This document shows positions 40,949 to 51,689 of a stretch of 64,000 bases of DNA, one piece after another. The notes beneath the pieces are model-generated. The model was not told the origin of the DNA. It saw only the letters and a list, made by a program, of their open reading frames with translations, and made no database searches. The stretch's first letter is position 1; every line of letters begins with the position of its first letter. The DNA is taken from positions 992,001 through 1,056,000 of the forward strand of contig AP039689.1 in NCBI GenBank assembly GCA_051599415.1, given 5' to 3'. This DNA comes from Savitreella phatthalungensis (lineage: Eukaryota). The position numbers and the translations under genes are program-made.

Positions 40949-42682
40949 ATGGCCTTTGAGGAGCTAAGCGGTCCAAAATTCAGCAACACCCCAAGGCGGG
41001 TGTATGCGTCCTTTGATAAGGCGTCGCAGCGCCTTGGCCAAACGACGTATCAGCCTCAGTCAACAGCTGTGCTGAAAGATACTCCACCAAGTATTGTGGT
41101 GGCCTTGACGCAGCTCGCGCCTATCATCCGTGTGCTCGATACAGCTCTTGCCTGGTTTACGTGGACAAGCGACGACAACTGGTCGTCATTCCTGGTTCTG
41201 GCGACATGGTGGCTTGTCTGCCTTTACGGCGATGTGGTGCTTGCTTATGCCGGGAACTGGGTTCTACTGCTAGGACTCTTTGTTGGCTACATCGGTAAGA
41301 AGACACAGGCGCGCCGCGTTGCCAGAGCAGTTGCACGCGGTGACGATGTGAACAAAGCATTGCTCGGCTCCAGGGCACATCAGCGTGACACTACCGAGCT
41401 ACTTAATGTCACGCTGTTCGAGCTTGATTGTTTCCGAGCTAGATGTCATCTCGTCTATGGCACTTTAGAGCCACTCATACGGCTGATCATGTGGGAGGAA
41501 CCACGTCAAAGCGCAATCATCAGCGTTCGACTGTTGCTCGTCAGCCCGATCTACGTTGGTCTACTTTACTTATTGACGAAGCGCACATTCATCCTGATTC
41601 TAGGGACGATTGCACTCACATTCACCAGTCCGTGGTTCAAGGTCATTATGACAGTGTCCTGGCGATTGAGAATCGTTCGGCATATAGTCAGCGCCCTGAT
41701 CGGCATCAACTATCTACCGGGCGAGTCCAAATTCATGTCAGCGGTAATGCGGTCGCCAGCTGCGGCTGCTTTCCGAGTAGAAGAAATTGAGCCCAATCTC
41801 GGTGACCCTTTGAGCTCAAAAAGCTCTTCGCGCTTCACGACAACAATCTCCATCGTGGAGAACCAGCGTCGATGGCTCGGTCTCGGCTGGACTCCTTCTT
41901 TGCTGCCTCATGAGAGAGCTCCTTGGACGGACAATGATGGCAATGTGGTCCCGGATCCGGATGCGTATGGCCTCCCTGACAAGCGAACCATCGTCGAAGA
42001 AGACGGCGTCATGCGGGTCATCGCTTGGGCATGGCTTGACAATCAGTGGCGGATCGAGAAGGACGGGGGTCGCGATACAGACGGTTGGATATACACTGAC
42101 AACACTTGGAAGGCTCCAAGCACTAAGGAAGAGTATGGCAAGTATACAAGACGGCGTAGATGGGTTCGCAATGCGGAATGCACGGAGGTAGTGCTGCGAC
42201 GCGACGATGAGGATGAACTTGAAGTCAGACCAATCACGCAAAAGACATCGCGTTCTCCAAGCCTGAGTCTAAGTCCAGACAAGGTCAAATACCAGCCGAG
42301 TAAAAGACACTCTGATCTATCAGAGGAGGAGGAGGATGACAAAGAAGCTGACGAAGCTGCAGTCAATGGCAGCGCAGATCGATCGGCGGTTCTCTCTGCT
42401 ATAAAAGACAAAGCCGACTTCAACTTCGATGAGGATGAACCTGCGGTGACCGAGCGTCTAGTGGATGATTGGATGGCAGGCAATGATCACGGCAATTCCG
42501 AGGGTCAAAGGCTCAATGCAGCGCTGAAGAATACTGATGAAAGTCGAAAAGAATGGCGCGAGGTTTCTGGGGGAGGCAAGGAGCTCGTGTACGTCTCCGA
42601 GAAAGATGGAGACAAATCTCTGCGACGTCGAGCATTTGGCATTGGTCGGCGAACTTCGACGGAAAGCAGCAATCGGCCATAG
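40949..42682 (+). CDS. Pex23/Pex30-family peroxin (reticulon-like + dysferlin domain)
   Basis: TWTSDDNWSSFL, and a DysF domain ENQRRWLGLGWT..ERAPWTD..GWIYTDNTWK..KYTRRRRWVRNAE. Confidence 0.9.
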   Translation: MAFEELSGPKFSNTPRRVYASFDKASQRLGQTTYQPQSTAVLKDTPPSIVVALTQLAPIIRVLDTALAWFTWTSDDNWSSFLVLATWWLVCLYGDVVLAYAGNWVLLLGLFVGYIGKKTQARRVARAVARGDDVNKALLGSRAHQRDTTELLNVTLFELDCFRARCHLVYGTLEPLIRLIMWEEPRQSAIISVRLLLVSPIYVGLLYLLTKRTFILILGTIALTFTSPWFKVIMTVSWRLRIVRHIVSALIGINYLPGESKFMSAVMRSPAAAAFRVEEIEPNLGDPLSSKSSSRFTTTISIVENQRRWLGLGWTPSLLPHERAPWTDNDGNVVPDPDAYGLPDKRTIVEEDGVMRVIAWAWLDNQWRIEKDGGRDTDGWIYTDNTWKAPSTKEEYGKYTRRRRWVRNAECTEVVLRRDDEDELEVRPITQKTSRSPSLSLSPDKVKYQPSKRHSDLSEEEEDDKEADEAAVNGSADRSAVLSAIKDKADFNFDEDEPAVTERLVDDWMAGNDHGNSEGQRLNAALKNTDESRKEWREVSGGGKELVYVSEKDGDKSLRRRAFGIGRRTSTESSNRP

Positions 42683-43423
42683 GAAGAGCGTGGAGCAACG
42701 ACAGGACAGGCGGCATTCTATACAATATTCTCTGCAGCCTGAAATTGCGTGTGCTGAAGTGTGGTCTCCTCGAGAATTTGGATGATCTTAGTGACTTTAC
42801 TCTCTGAAGACAGTATGAACGAACAACCACCCTTCGAGTCTGTCGTATATTGACGGTAAGAAAGGAGAAACTGTAACTTCAATTGACGGTGGCGTTCAGA
42901 CTGCATGGTCAATGTTCTGGTTCTGGCTTTCCAGTAGCCTCGGCTTATCGGTTGACTTGGATCACACAAGAATCCCCAGATTATACAGTCTGAGACCGGT
43001 CAAGTTGGTCGACAGACTTTAAAACGCATCTAGCTCGAATTGAATGAATTTAAAAAGATGCGGTCTACTTCGTCAGTATAATATTGTGTCATCAATAATC
43101 ATGCGCATGCATAAATTACTTTAAAATTGTATAATCGTCAACGGTCCTCGGCCAGTCAATCAATTTTAGAATTCGGTCCGCGGATGAGATCATTGCGGAG
43201 TAAGTGCTTCGTTCCCCTGCTCTCCCACGAAATCACATTTGCTCTGCACACGAGCTTCTCTACAAAATCATCCCTGGTTGTTGAAAGCCATCAGCGAGTG
43301 TCCCGGACGACACTTCAGAGGCTGTGACTGCGCGCTCAATTGTCTCATTAGCGTCAAAGGGCTGTATATCCTCACGAGAAGCTTTTCGGATCACGCCATT
43401 TGTGAGCATCATTCGTAGCTTTC

Positions 43424-44905
43424 ATGTCAGCTACCGAAGATGCGCCGCCGTTAATCCACGCTTTGGCAGGGGCAGTGGCCTCTATCTTTTCCAACACAGC
43501 TGTGTATCCGCTCGATCTCATCACCACCCGCATCCAGACGCAGCAAAAGGAAGAACCAGCTTCGAAAAGTGGCAGTCAGAAGCAGGAGTACGATAACGTG
43601 CTCGATGCTCTGCTCAAAGTGTATCGTGAAGAGGGTCTCTCCGCCCTCTATCGCGGTGTCGGTGCAGACAATTTCTCCACGATGCTTTCGACATTTTGCT
43701 ACCACTACGCCTACCAGAATATTCGGGAGGCTCGCCTGGCCGTCCACGCACGTGCGAACGGTGGCAACAGACCACGCGTGCTCGGCATCGTCGAGGAGTT
43801 GACAATTGGAGCTGGGGCTGGAGTCATCTCGCGGTTCGTCACGTCCCCTGCCAGCAACATCGTCACAAGGGCGCAGACGCAGTCTGGAAGTACCCGTGAC
43901 ATCATAAAGAGCATCTATGAAGAGAAGGGACTGACGGGGTTCTTCTCCGGCATGAAAGCCTCTGTCCTGCTTGCCATCAATCCATCTGTGGCGTACTACC
44001 TGTTTGAGCTGCAGAAGGCACTGCTAATCCCAAGATCACGGCGCGATAAGCCCCGAGCTATCGAAATTTTCCTCATGTCCGCAATCGGCAAAGCATTCGC
44101 CACCCTGCTACTCTATCCAGTCATCCTTATCAAGGCTCGCACTCAGGCGACCCATGCAAAGACTTCACTCATTGCCATGGTCAAGTCAATTGTGGATCGC
44201 CATGGTTTGGCGGGTCTGTACTCTGGCGCTGCACCACAGGTCGCAAAGGGTTTCCTGTCACAGGGAATCATGATGCTTCTCAAAGACAAGATCACAACTT
44301 TCATCGTTGCTAGTTACATCGTCGCGAGACGATCTTTGTCGTTGACACGCGGCACGGCAACACGTGAGGCACTCTCGCCAGAGCAGGCGCGCGAACGCGG
44401 CCTCGAGAGTATTCCGTCGGTGCTCGCGCTACCATCGCAACCAGATCGTTCTGCATCTTTCTACTATTCAGACACGCCCAGACAGGACGTCAACGGCCTG
44501 ATCCTTGCCACGAAGGATGCGGTGGAGCAAGCAGTGGACCGTGCAGTTGACCGGGTGGGAGAAGTCGCGAGTGAGGTCAAGCACGGCGTTGAGCGCGGTA
44601 TCAAAACTGTCACTGATGCCATGTCCAACACCGCAAAGGAGGTACCCGAAGCAGGGGACAGGGCGCTAGCTGCCGTCTGCAACGCGATTGAGGAAGGCGA
44701 GAAGTCGATGGCGCTTGCTCCCGGTAGCCACTCTACGAGCGTCGGAGAAGCCGCCAAGCAAGCTGCCGCTCAGCGAGTGCCAACCGGACTGGAATGGTCC
44801 GGACAGACTCGTGTGCGCAATGCAACACAGAAAGTAACGACTGCCGGTGACTCAATCAAGGGCATTCACTGGGCTTCACAGCAAAAGAAAGCCGCCTCGA
44901 GCTGA
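43424..44905 (+). CDS. ANT1: Peroxisomal adenine nucleotide carrier (Ant1-like) with a C-terminal extension
   Basis: Three carrier repeats (YPLDLITTRIQ, SPASNIVTRAQ, YPVILIKARTQ), LAINPS and KGFLSQG. Confidence 0.8.
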   Translation: MSATEDAPPLIHALAGAVASIFSNTAVYPLDLITTRIQTQQKEEPASKSGSQKQEYDNVLDALLKVYREEGLSALYRGVGADNFSTMLSTFCYHYAYQNIREARLAVHARANGGNRPRVLGIVEELTIGAGAGVISRFVTSPASNIVTRAQTQSGSTRDIIKSIYEEKGLTGFFSGMKASVLLAINPSVAYYLFELQKALLIPRSRRDKPRAIEIFLMSAIGKAFATLLLYPVILIKARTQATHAKTSLIAMVKSIVDRHGLAGLYSGAAPQVAKGFLSQGIMMLLKDKITTFIVASYIVARRSLSLTRGTATREALSPEQARERGLESIPSVLALPSQPDRSASFYYSDTPRQDVNGLILATKDAVEQAVDRAVDRVGEVASEVKHGVERGIKTVTDAMSNTAKEVPEAGDRALAAVCNAIEEGEKSMALAPGSHSTSVGEAAKQAAAQRVPTGLEWSGQTRVRNATQKVTTAGDSIKGIHWASQQKKAASS

Positions 44906-45093
44906 ATGGCCATTGTGACGCTAATTGAACATTGGTCACATATATGTCCACGATCATATGACTCTACACGAACACGCTCTTTGACAACGACAAGCAGTGA
45001 AATTTCCCGCAGTATATACATGACGCAAGACTTGCCCTTTTTCCTGTGGACTATGTAGTGTTGAGTGTGTCCATTCCATATGCTGATCGTTCG

Positions 45094-45408
45094 TTACTTT
45101 GGTGCTGAAGTCTTGAGGGAGACTGCGTGAATTCGGGTCATATCTTCTTTGATAACAGCATTCACGAGTCTCTGCTGAGCTACCGGAGACTTGCCTTTGA
45201 ATGCACTCGCTTCGACTTCGATCGCGTAGGAAGCTCCACAACCTCCGCTGATATCGCGCACCACGAGATGCGACGGTGACAGCGCGCCAGCAAGCTTGTC
45301 GAACAGGTATGCCTCACCGGCGTCCTTTGGTCGGTCGAGAGCACGAGCACCCCGGGTCGTACATAACCCCCTCTTGCTAGTGCGGAGCAAGGATTGCCGC
45401 AGTAGCAT
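45094..45408 (-). CDS. BOL3: Mitochondrial BolA-family protein (Bol3/Aim1-type)
   Basis: DISGGCGASY..FKGKSPVAQQRLVN..IHAVSL and an Arg-rich presequence. Confidence 0.9.
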   Translation of the reverse strand: MLLRQSLLRTSKRGLCTTRGARALDRPKDAGEAYLFDKLAGALSPSHLVVRDISGGCGASYAIEVEASAFKGKSPVAQQRLVNAVIKEDMTRIHAVSLKTSAPK

Positions 45409-45684
45409 CCGTGAATCGAGTCGTGGGTATGCCGGTGGTAAAATCTTACGAACGCTGATGTACGTCAGAAATCCGTTTTCACGTTGAGGCAACTAATGGA
45501 ATGACACGGAAAAGTCAAGGAGAGATTTTAATTTACTTCTTATTTGTGGAGGATGACATTGCACGTACGCACGTACGAAAGTACGTAAATAGCACAGGAT
45601 CATTTACAGAAGCGGAGGCTAAGCGTAGTGTGAGCTCGACGAAGCAAGGTCAAACGAGCTTTTCTCTCTGGCGAGCTCGGTATC

Positions 45685-46073
45685 ATGTCCCGTCATCATC
45701 CAGATGTAAGTCTTCTACATGCTTGTGGTGTGAATGGTAAACTGACAGAAGATTACAGCTGATTATGTGCAGAAGAATGCCAGGCATCACTCCGGGCAGG
45801 TTATGCGGCAAATGCGAGGGGAAATGTCCCGTTTGTGATTCTTATGTCAGGGCGGCAACGGGCGTGAGGATCTGTGATGAATGCGCATTCGGCAAAGGTG
45901 CTGGAAAATGCATCATCTGCGGTGCACAGGGCGTGAGTGAAGCTTTCTATTGCGCAGAATGCACACGGCTGGAGAACGATCGTGAGGGGTGTCCACGCGT
46001 CATCAATATGGGCTCGTCCTCCAAGGATCTGTACTACGAAAAGCGGAAAAACAGATATACGTCCGGCAGATGA
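45685..46073 (+). CDS. RDS3: SF3b subunit Rds3/Ini1/PHF5A, two exons (45685-45705, 45759-46073)
   Basis: MSRHHPD, then intron GTAAGT..ACTGAC..TACAG, then LIMC..GRLC..GKCPVCDSYVR..CTRLENDREGCP. Confidence 0.95.
45706..45758 (+). other. Spliceosomal intron of rds3 (53 nt, phase 0)
   Basis: Consensus donor, branch and acceptor; removal restores the conserved MSRHHPDL(I/V)MC N-terminus. Confidence 0.93.
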
Positions 46074-46232
46074 GATCAAGCATGAAAACAATGGCACCAC
46101 GGGATGACGACAAAACGGAACGACCAAGATTGTACAGTAGAGTAATGAATGTCATTGCTTGCGTATCGTAACGGTGGCTGAAAAGGAGCTAGAAAGCTTT
46201 GTTCTAATGGGCATAGCGCGGATGGATCGTGC

Positions 46233-46721
46233 TCAGGCGGTTGCGGCCGCTGGACGGCGCCTGCCTGCCTTGGAGTTGTAGTCCTTGATGGCGTGTTGAA
46301 GTGACTCCTCTGCAAGCATGGAGCAGTGAAGCTTCACGGGCGGCAAACACAAATCCTTTGCGATGACGGTGTTTTTGATCTTCGAAGCCTCCTCCATCGT
46401 CAGACCCTTGATCTTCTCAGTCAGATAGGAGGAGGAAGCGATGGCCGAGCCGCAGCCGAACGTCTTGAACTTGACATCGACAATCTTGCCATCGTCATCG
46501 ACACGAATGGCTAGCTTCATTACGTCGCCACATGCAGGTGCGCCAACGAGACCGATACCGACATCTGCATCTGCCTTCGGCAAGGTACCGACGTTGCGCG
46601 GATTATTGTAGTGGTCGAGCACCTTCTCGTGGTAGGCGCGCCTTGCAGTGAGCGCGAAGGTGGGACGTGCAGAATGGATGGTTGTTGCGGGCCGGCGCAA
46701 AGCGGATCTGACAGCAAACAT
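46233..46721 (-). CDS. ISU1: Fe-S cluster scaffold Isu1/IscU
   Basis: YHEKVLDHY..GAPACGDVM..FKTFGCGSAIASS..LPPVKLHCSMLAE and a presequence. Confidence 0.97.
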   Translation of the reverse strand: MFAVRSALRRPATTIHSARPTFALTARRAYHEKVLDHYNNPRNVGTLPKADADVGIGLVGAPACGDVMKLAIRVDDDGKIVDVKFKTFGCGSAIASSSYLTEKIKGLTMEEASKIKNTVIAKDLCLPPVKLHCSMLAEESLQHAIKDYNSKAGRRRPAAATA

Positions 46722-47709
46722 GGTTGTAGATGTGCGTTCGAACACTTGATCACGAGCTCGGAATGAAGGTGTGTGACAAAAGTATGTCTATGTCTCTGTG
46801 ATTTTGCGGCGGAAAGTCGAGGACAAAATCGATATGTATGAAGTCTGGCGATTGACGAATGGTGATTGATCGACAGTCCGCAACCTGTTGCATAATACTC
46901 TGAAAAGAAATGAATTAGCTCGAATTATTGCACATATGTGTTCATTTATTGTTCTTTTCTATTTGATCAATAGACTGTAATCAATGAGTCCTGTTATCGA
47001 TCGTATGGTGCACATGTGGTGCATGATCAAGGATCCATTTCTCATGCGTGCATGCACAATCTTGACCTTAGGTAAGTCAAATGGAAATCGATTGGAATAA
47101 ATCAATTCAATGATTGAATGAGATTTCCTTGAATCATTGGAACCAGATGTCATACATACATATGCAGTATATATGACGATCGACTAGCATTATCCCTTGA
47201 TTGACTTTACAGCTTTTAGATATTACAGTGTTGAATTCGATTTGAATGATTCAAGTGCAAGATAAATTGATCCGGCTGTGGCGGCGATCGATTTCTTCTG
47301 TCATGTTTGCTCGGGTGCTTTGAATCATATTGTGGAGAAATACTTGAACTTTGTATCCAGACTCTCTCATCCTGCAATGCACGACTGACTTACGGAATGT
47401 TGTTCAATTGATTCTGAGATGAACTATCCACATGCACGTGCTCATGGCAATCCCCGGATCAACAACAAGGGTGTCGAAATTGTGCATCAAGTAAAACTGT
47501 AAACTAGATGCACACCAGCATGTCAACACAGACTACTTCCTGGATCGATTAGGTCCAATGCACGAGGGACAACCTTTAGTGCACAAGTTGTCGTACCACC
47601 ACCAGCATCCTAGCTCTTTGAGGATCATGTGTGGCTGATTCTATAGTTATACAGGTCCTGTCACTTCGTCCAGTTGTCTGACAGTCAGATCTGTCGCTTG
47701 AGCTTACAG

Positions 47710-48642
47710 ATGAAAGTCTATTACCTCGGTCCTCAAGGAACCTTCACCTACCAAGCGGCCAAACAGCATTTCTCAAATTTCTCCGACACTGACATCGACT
47801 TTGTACCTGTGCTCAAGCTACCAGAGATACCGTCCAGCTTGTCGCAGCACGGAGACTATGCTGTCATTCCCTTCGAGAACAGCTCGAACGGGCATGTGGT
47901 TCCGACCCTAGATATGCTTCGGTTGGAGAATCGGTGTCAGGTCGTGGCGGAAATCTACCTTACCGTACACCAGTGCCTTCTCGTACATCCCAGCTTGCTT
48001 CAGGGCGACATGAGCGAAGCACCCTTGACCACGGCGCTATCAAAAGTTCGCCGTATATACTCTCATCTGCAGGCCTTTGGCCAGTGCGAACGCTTTCTCA
48101 AGCAGCACTTCCCTGCCGGCGTCGAGCGTGTGAGCGTGGATAGCACAGGCAAGGCTGCTGCCCTAGCTGCCGTCGATCTCGAGAGCGCGGCGATCGCCTC
48201 AGCTGCCTCGGCCTCACCCACGACCGATACAGTCATTGCACAGGGCGAAATCGAGGACATCAAACACAACACGACGAGGTTCCTCGTACTAGCCCTCGCT
48301 ACCGAAGGAAAGCAAGTGTCCTCAGCAGGCAGTGGCGAGAAGACACTCATGAGGTTCACCGTGGCCCACGATGAGCCAGGAAGTTTAGCCCTGATCCTCG
48401 CGGGCTTTGCACAGGGCGGAGTCAACCTAACGTCCATCTCGTCACGGCCTGTACCCGTCGTGCCTCTAAACGATGCAGACGAAGCAATTGTGAAGTTGAA
48501 CCACTGGCGCTACGTCTTCTTCATTGAATGCAAGGGCGGAAAGGATGACGAGCGCGTTCGCAAGGCGATAGCAAATGCAGCCAATCACGCTCAAAGCTTC
48601 AGGGTCATGGGAACCTTCCAAGATATTCGACATCCAAGTTGA
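47710..48642 (+). CDS. PHA2: Prephenate dehydratase
   Basis: YLGPQGTF, PFENSSNG, SHLQAFGQC, NTTRFLV and ACT domain (PGSL..NLTSISSRP..YVFFIE). Confidence 0.93.
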   Translation: MKVYYLGPQGTFTYQAAKQHFSNFSDTDIDFVPVLKLPEIPSSLSQHGDYAVIPFENSSNGHVVPTLDMLRLENRCQVVAEIYLTVHQCLLVHPSLLQGDMSEAPLTTALSKVRRIYSHLQAFGQCERFLKQHFPAGVERVSVDSTGKAAALAAVDLESAAIASAASASPTTDTVIAQGEIEDIKHNTTRFLVLALATEGKQVSSAGSGEKTLMRFTVAHDEPGSLALILAGFAQGGVNLTSISSRPVPVVPLNDADEAIVKLNHWRYVFFIECKGGKDDERVRKAIANAANHAQSFRVMGTFQDIRHPS

Positions 48643-48649
48643 TCAATAC

Positions 48650-49963
48650 CTACTTGCGCGACGACCACCATCGATGACCGTTTCCGATGACCCTCGTTGG
48701 ACGCTGCTGATCTTGCTGTCGGTGCCTTTGATGCTCCGGCTTATGCTGTTGTTCTTGCTCTTGCTCGGCCTCGATCTCCATGCGTCCGAGCACTTGTGAA
48801 ATCGAGTCGTCGGCCAGAATTGTCGCGCGCTGAGCGGATGCAGGTCTGTTTGCCTCATTTCTAGTACGTCGACCGAAGCTACGAAATAGGAACTCTGAAG
48901 GTATGTCCGAACGCTGCGCAAGAGTTTGCGGGACTTGAGACGGCGCGACTGAGGAGAATCGCAACGTTTGCCATCCGGGTGCTGGCTTTGATGGCGTGTT
49001 CGAAGCAACGATCGGCGGCGTGGTTGGCAAGGGTCGGTCTAGGACGGACGAAGGCTTCTCCAGGTCAATCGTGTAGACGCTGCTCTTCGTGCTTGAAGAA
49101 CCTCTGCGCAGGCCAAATGCTGATGTGCCGGCTGATTGTTGTTCGAGAGTCATTTTACGCTTGGCTCTAGCCTTAACGAACGCAATGACTAGCATGCCCA
49201 GGAATACGGCGCCGGCGATACCTACTATGATTGCAACGGCTGGCGGTGTACCACGCGACGCTTCAGCCTTCGCTCCTCCTTCAGACACGCTCGCCGGCTG
49301 AGCCAGCGAGCCAGCTGCAGCCGCGGGAGTTACGGCCGGGCGGCTATTCTTCGCAGACGACGGCAATGTCTGAAAGCTACTGCTCGCAGCTGTCTGCACG
49401 TCGCTTGTGGAAGCGGTGCTGGAGGACTTGACCGTTCCAGCGCTTGCCACCGACCCACCAAGCGCCGGTGCAATTGTGGCCGGAATCGGACTAGACGATC
49501 GCTGGTCATTGGTCGACCGTGACAGTGACGGCATGCTGCTGATCGACGGGCCGGCAGCATACGTGATACCAGGTGCAAGCGCAGACTGCAAGATGGGCAG
49601 AGATTGATCCGCGGAACGCGTGTGTTTAATGTTGGCAACTTGAGAATTCAGAAATGGCTCGGCCGATGGACCTTGCGCTGCCAGCGTGAGAGTGTCCACT
49701 ATCGTCGTCGTGGTGGTCGCCGTTGTCCTAGCAGCGGGCTGATCCACGGTTTTCGAAGGATCGTTCACCAATGGAGGTTTCGCTAGAGCTGCCGCTGGCG
49801 GATGTAGTGCACCGAAGACATCGGCTGCTGCTGGCGCAGGCGCTGAGGCGACCGTATTGACCATTAGCGGAGGTGTCTTAGCTCGGTTGACCGGCGGCAT
49901 CCGAGCTACAGCGCCCTCCCCGTCTCTGTCATCTTTGTTGAGCGGTGCTTGAGGTCCCGGCAT
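48650..49963 (-). CDS. Ser/Thr/Ala-rich single-pass membrane protein of unknown function
   Basis: Long ORF with a low-complexity ectodomain, TM segment VAIIVGIAGAVFLGMLVIAFV and basic stop-transfer KARAKRK. Confidence 0.65.
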   Translation of the reverse strand: MPGPQAPLNKDDRDGEGAVARMPPVNRAKTPPLMVNTVASAPAPAAADVFGALHPPAAALAKPPLVNDPSKTVDQPAARTTATTTTTIVDTLTLAAQGPSAEPFLNSQVANIKHTRSADQSLPILQSALAPGITYAAGPSISSMPSLSRSTNDQRSSSPIPATIAPALGGSVASAGTVKSSSTASTSDVQTAASSSFQTLPSSAKNSRPAVTPAAAAGSLAQPASVSEGGAKAEASRGTPPAVAIIVGIAGAVFLGMLVIAFVKARAKRKMTLEQQSAGTSAFGLRRGSSSTKSSVYTIDLEKPSSVLDRPLPTTPPIVASNTPSKPAPGWQTLRFSSVAPSQVPQTLAQRSDIPSEFLFRSFGRRTRNEANRPASAQRATILADDSISQVLGRMEIEAEQEQEQQHKPEHQRHRQQDQQRPTRVIGNGHRWWSSRK

Positions 49964-50116
49964 GCGTCGTCTCGGCGACAAAGATGATGCCGCACTGTAA
50001 AATGTATACTACAGATGCTTCCCAGGCCGAGCACGTCTGAAGGTCAGAGCTGAAACAGATCGACCGACTCTCTCGCGACACGGAAGGTCTGAGAGCCTAG
50101 TGCATCAGTCCGTGCG

Positions 50117-50875
50117 TCAGCGTCCAAAGTCGATAGTGCCACGGCCTTTAAATTTCCGGCCGACGCGGTCAGCAGACCGGTGACCGAAGAACTCGCCATA
50201 AATCTCCCAGATAAGAGGCGGATGAGTCGTACCCTCACTGACTAGCAGCTCGAATTCGAAGACTGCCGACTCTTTCGGGACCGTTCTGAATCCTTTGCTT
50301 TTCGTACAGATGACAAATGTATGTCTCGTCTCCTTGACGATGATCCCTCCGATGAAGACGAGGGACGGACAGCTTGATTTGACAACACGCACGACTGCTC
50401 CGTGATAATCGGCTTTGAGAAGCTTGTCCATCGTTGCCGGTGTACCGAGCGCGACCGTCGGCGAGGAAGATGATCCTTCGATGGGCAGTCCCAAGACCTG
50501 CCTCATGTAGACAGTCCATAAATCATGAAGACCCTTATATATATCATAGTTTTGGCCCCGGGCACATACGTTACCCCAACCAGACGCCTTGCGTTCTCTA
50601 CTGCTCAGCGGCCGAGGTTTGCGCTTGCCTTCCAGTCGCCGGCGCTCCTTCAAAGCCTTGATTCGCCGTGTATCAGCCCGTGCCTCGGGTGTCTCTTTCC
50701 GGCCTGTTCCGGCAGGATGAAGCAGCAGGCTTTTATGCTCGATCTTGGTAGCAAGTTGCTCCTCAATGCGTTCCTCAGACAACGCAGTCCGTTCTAGTAA
50801 CGCTCGTGCCAGATCGCGTCCGTCTGCGACCGGCAGTCCCTCCATCAAAGGAGCCAGGAGCGGGTCATGCGTCAT
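50117..50875 (-). CDS. POP4: RNase P/MRP subunit Pop4/Rpp29
   Basis: LHDLWTVYM, KLLKADYHGA..SSCPS..GIIVKET..VPKE..F and RSADRVGRKFK. Confidence 0.93.
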   Translation of the reverse strand: MTHDPLLAPLMEGLPVADGRDLARALLERTALSEERIEEQLATKIEHKSLLLHPAGTGRKETPEARADTRRIKALKERRRLEGKRKPRPLSSRERKASGWGNVCARGQNYDIYKGLHDLWTVYMRQVLGLPIEGSSSSPTVALGTPATMDKLLKADYHGAVVRVVKSSCPSLVFIGGIIVKETRHTFVICTKSKGFRTVPKESAVFEFELLVSEGTTHPPLIWEIYGEFFGHRSADRVGRKFKGRGTIDFGR

Positions 50876-51034
50876 GCCGCCGTCAGCCTCCGGCTCGTGG
50901 AGAGGTGTTCAGCGCTCAGGCTCGGCTTTATGACAGGATGCGTACGCTCGATTGTATGAGATATACAGAGGTATTTGATCAAAGGAAAAAGAAAAAGACG
51001 TCACGCGCCCTGGACCGGCTCGCGCTGACTGAAC

Positions 51035-51634
51035 ATGTCCGAGGCTGATCAGGTGGCTACAACGTCCAGGACAGCCTTTGACAAGCGCTATCCGGACTAT
51101 GGGATGTTTCCGTCTCTGGCGAGACCTTCGAACTACCGCGATCGGACTTCTCGCGTCACAGATCTTTCGGCTGCAACGACTCTCTACGTTGGCAACCTGT
51201 CTTTCTATACGACCGAAGAGCAGGTATACGTTTTATTCTCCATGGTTGCGCCGGTTCGAAGGGTCGTGATGGGCCTTGATCGTAATACGCGTACGCCCTG
51301 CGGCTTTTGCTTCGTCGAGTACTACACCCATGAGGCAGCACTTGAATGTTTGCTCTTCATCTCCGGCACAAAGCTAGATGAGCGTGTGATTCGATGCGAT
51401 CTCGATGTTGGCTTTAAGGAGGGAAGGCAATGGGGACGTGGTAGATCTGGTGGACAGGTCAGAGACGAATATCGAGAGGATTTTGACACAGGCAGAGGTG
51501 GTTGGGGCAAATTGGCCGAAAGACAACAGCAACAACAGCGCCGGTCGCCAATGAGGCACGCAGAGTATCCACACGATGCGCCACCTTCAACAGCACAGCC
51601 AGGGGAAACATTCGACAGATTCCGAGAGGACTAG
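51035..51634 (+). CDS. CBC2: Nuclear cap-binding protein subunit 2 (Cbp20)
   Basis: [30 protein letters not shown] and [14 protein letters not shown]. Confidence 0.96.
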   Translation: MSEADQVATTSRTAFDKRYPDYGMFPSLARPSNYRDRTSRVTDLSAATTLYVGNLSFYTTEEQVYVLFSMVAPVRRVVMGLDRNTRTPCGFCFVEYYTHEAALECLLFISGTKLDERVIRCDLDVGFKEGRQWGRGRSGGQVRDEYREDFDTGRGGWGKLAERQQQQQRRSPMRHAEYPHDAPPSTAQPGETFDRFRED

Positions 51635-51689
51635 ACGAGTCTTATGCTTATAATCATGCTTAATCATGCTTAATGTATATAATACAGAG

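Noticed and set aside
43200..43351. Possible ant1 leader intron (GTAAGT..TAG) with an upstream ATG at 43184
   Set aside because: The branch point is weak, so it was not counted toward the leader-intron pattern.
47061..47080. Minus-strand ACTTACCT resembling the U1 snRNA 5' end, within a short palindrome
   Set aside because: No U1-70K loop, ATTGCAC loop or Sm site downstream.
51651..51674. Short tandem repeats in terminator gaps (TAATCATGCT x2; also ATCAATC repeats near 13685)
   Set aside because: Simple slippage repeats with no spacers, so not CRISPR-like or mobile-element-like.
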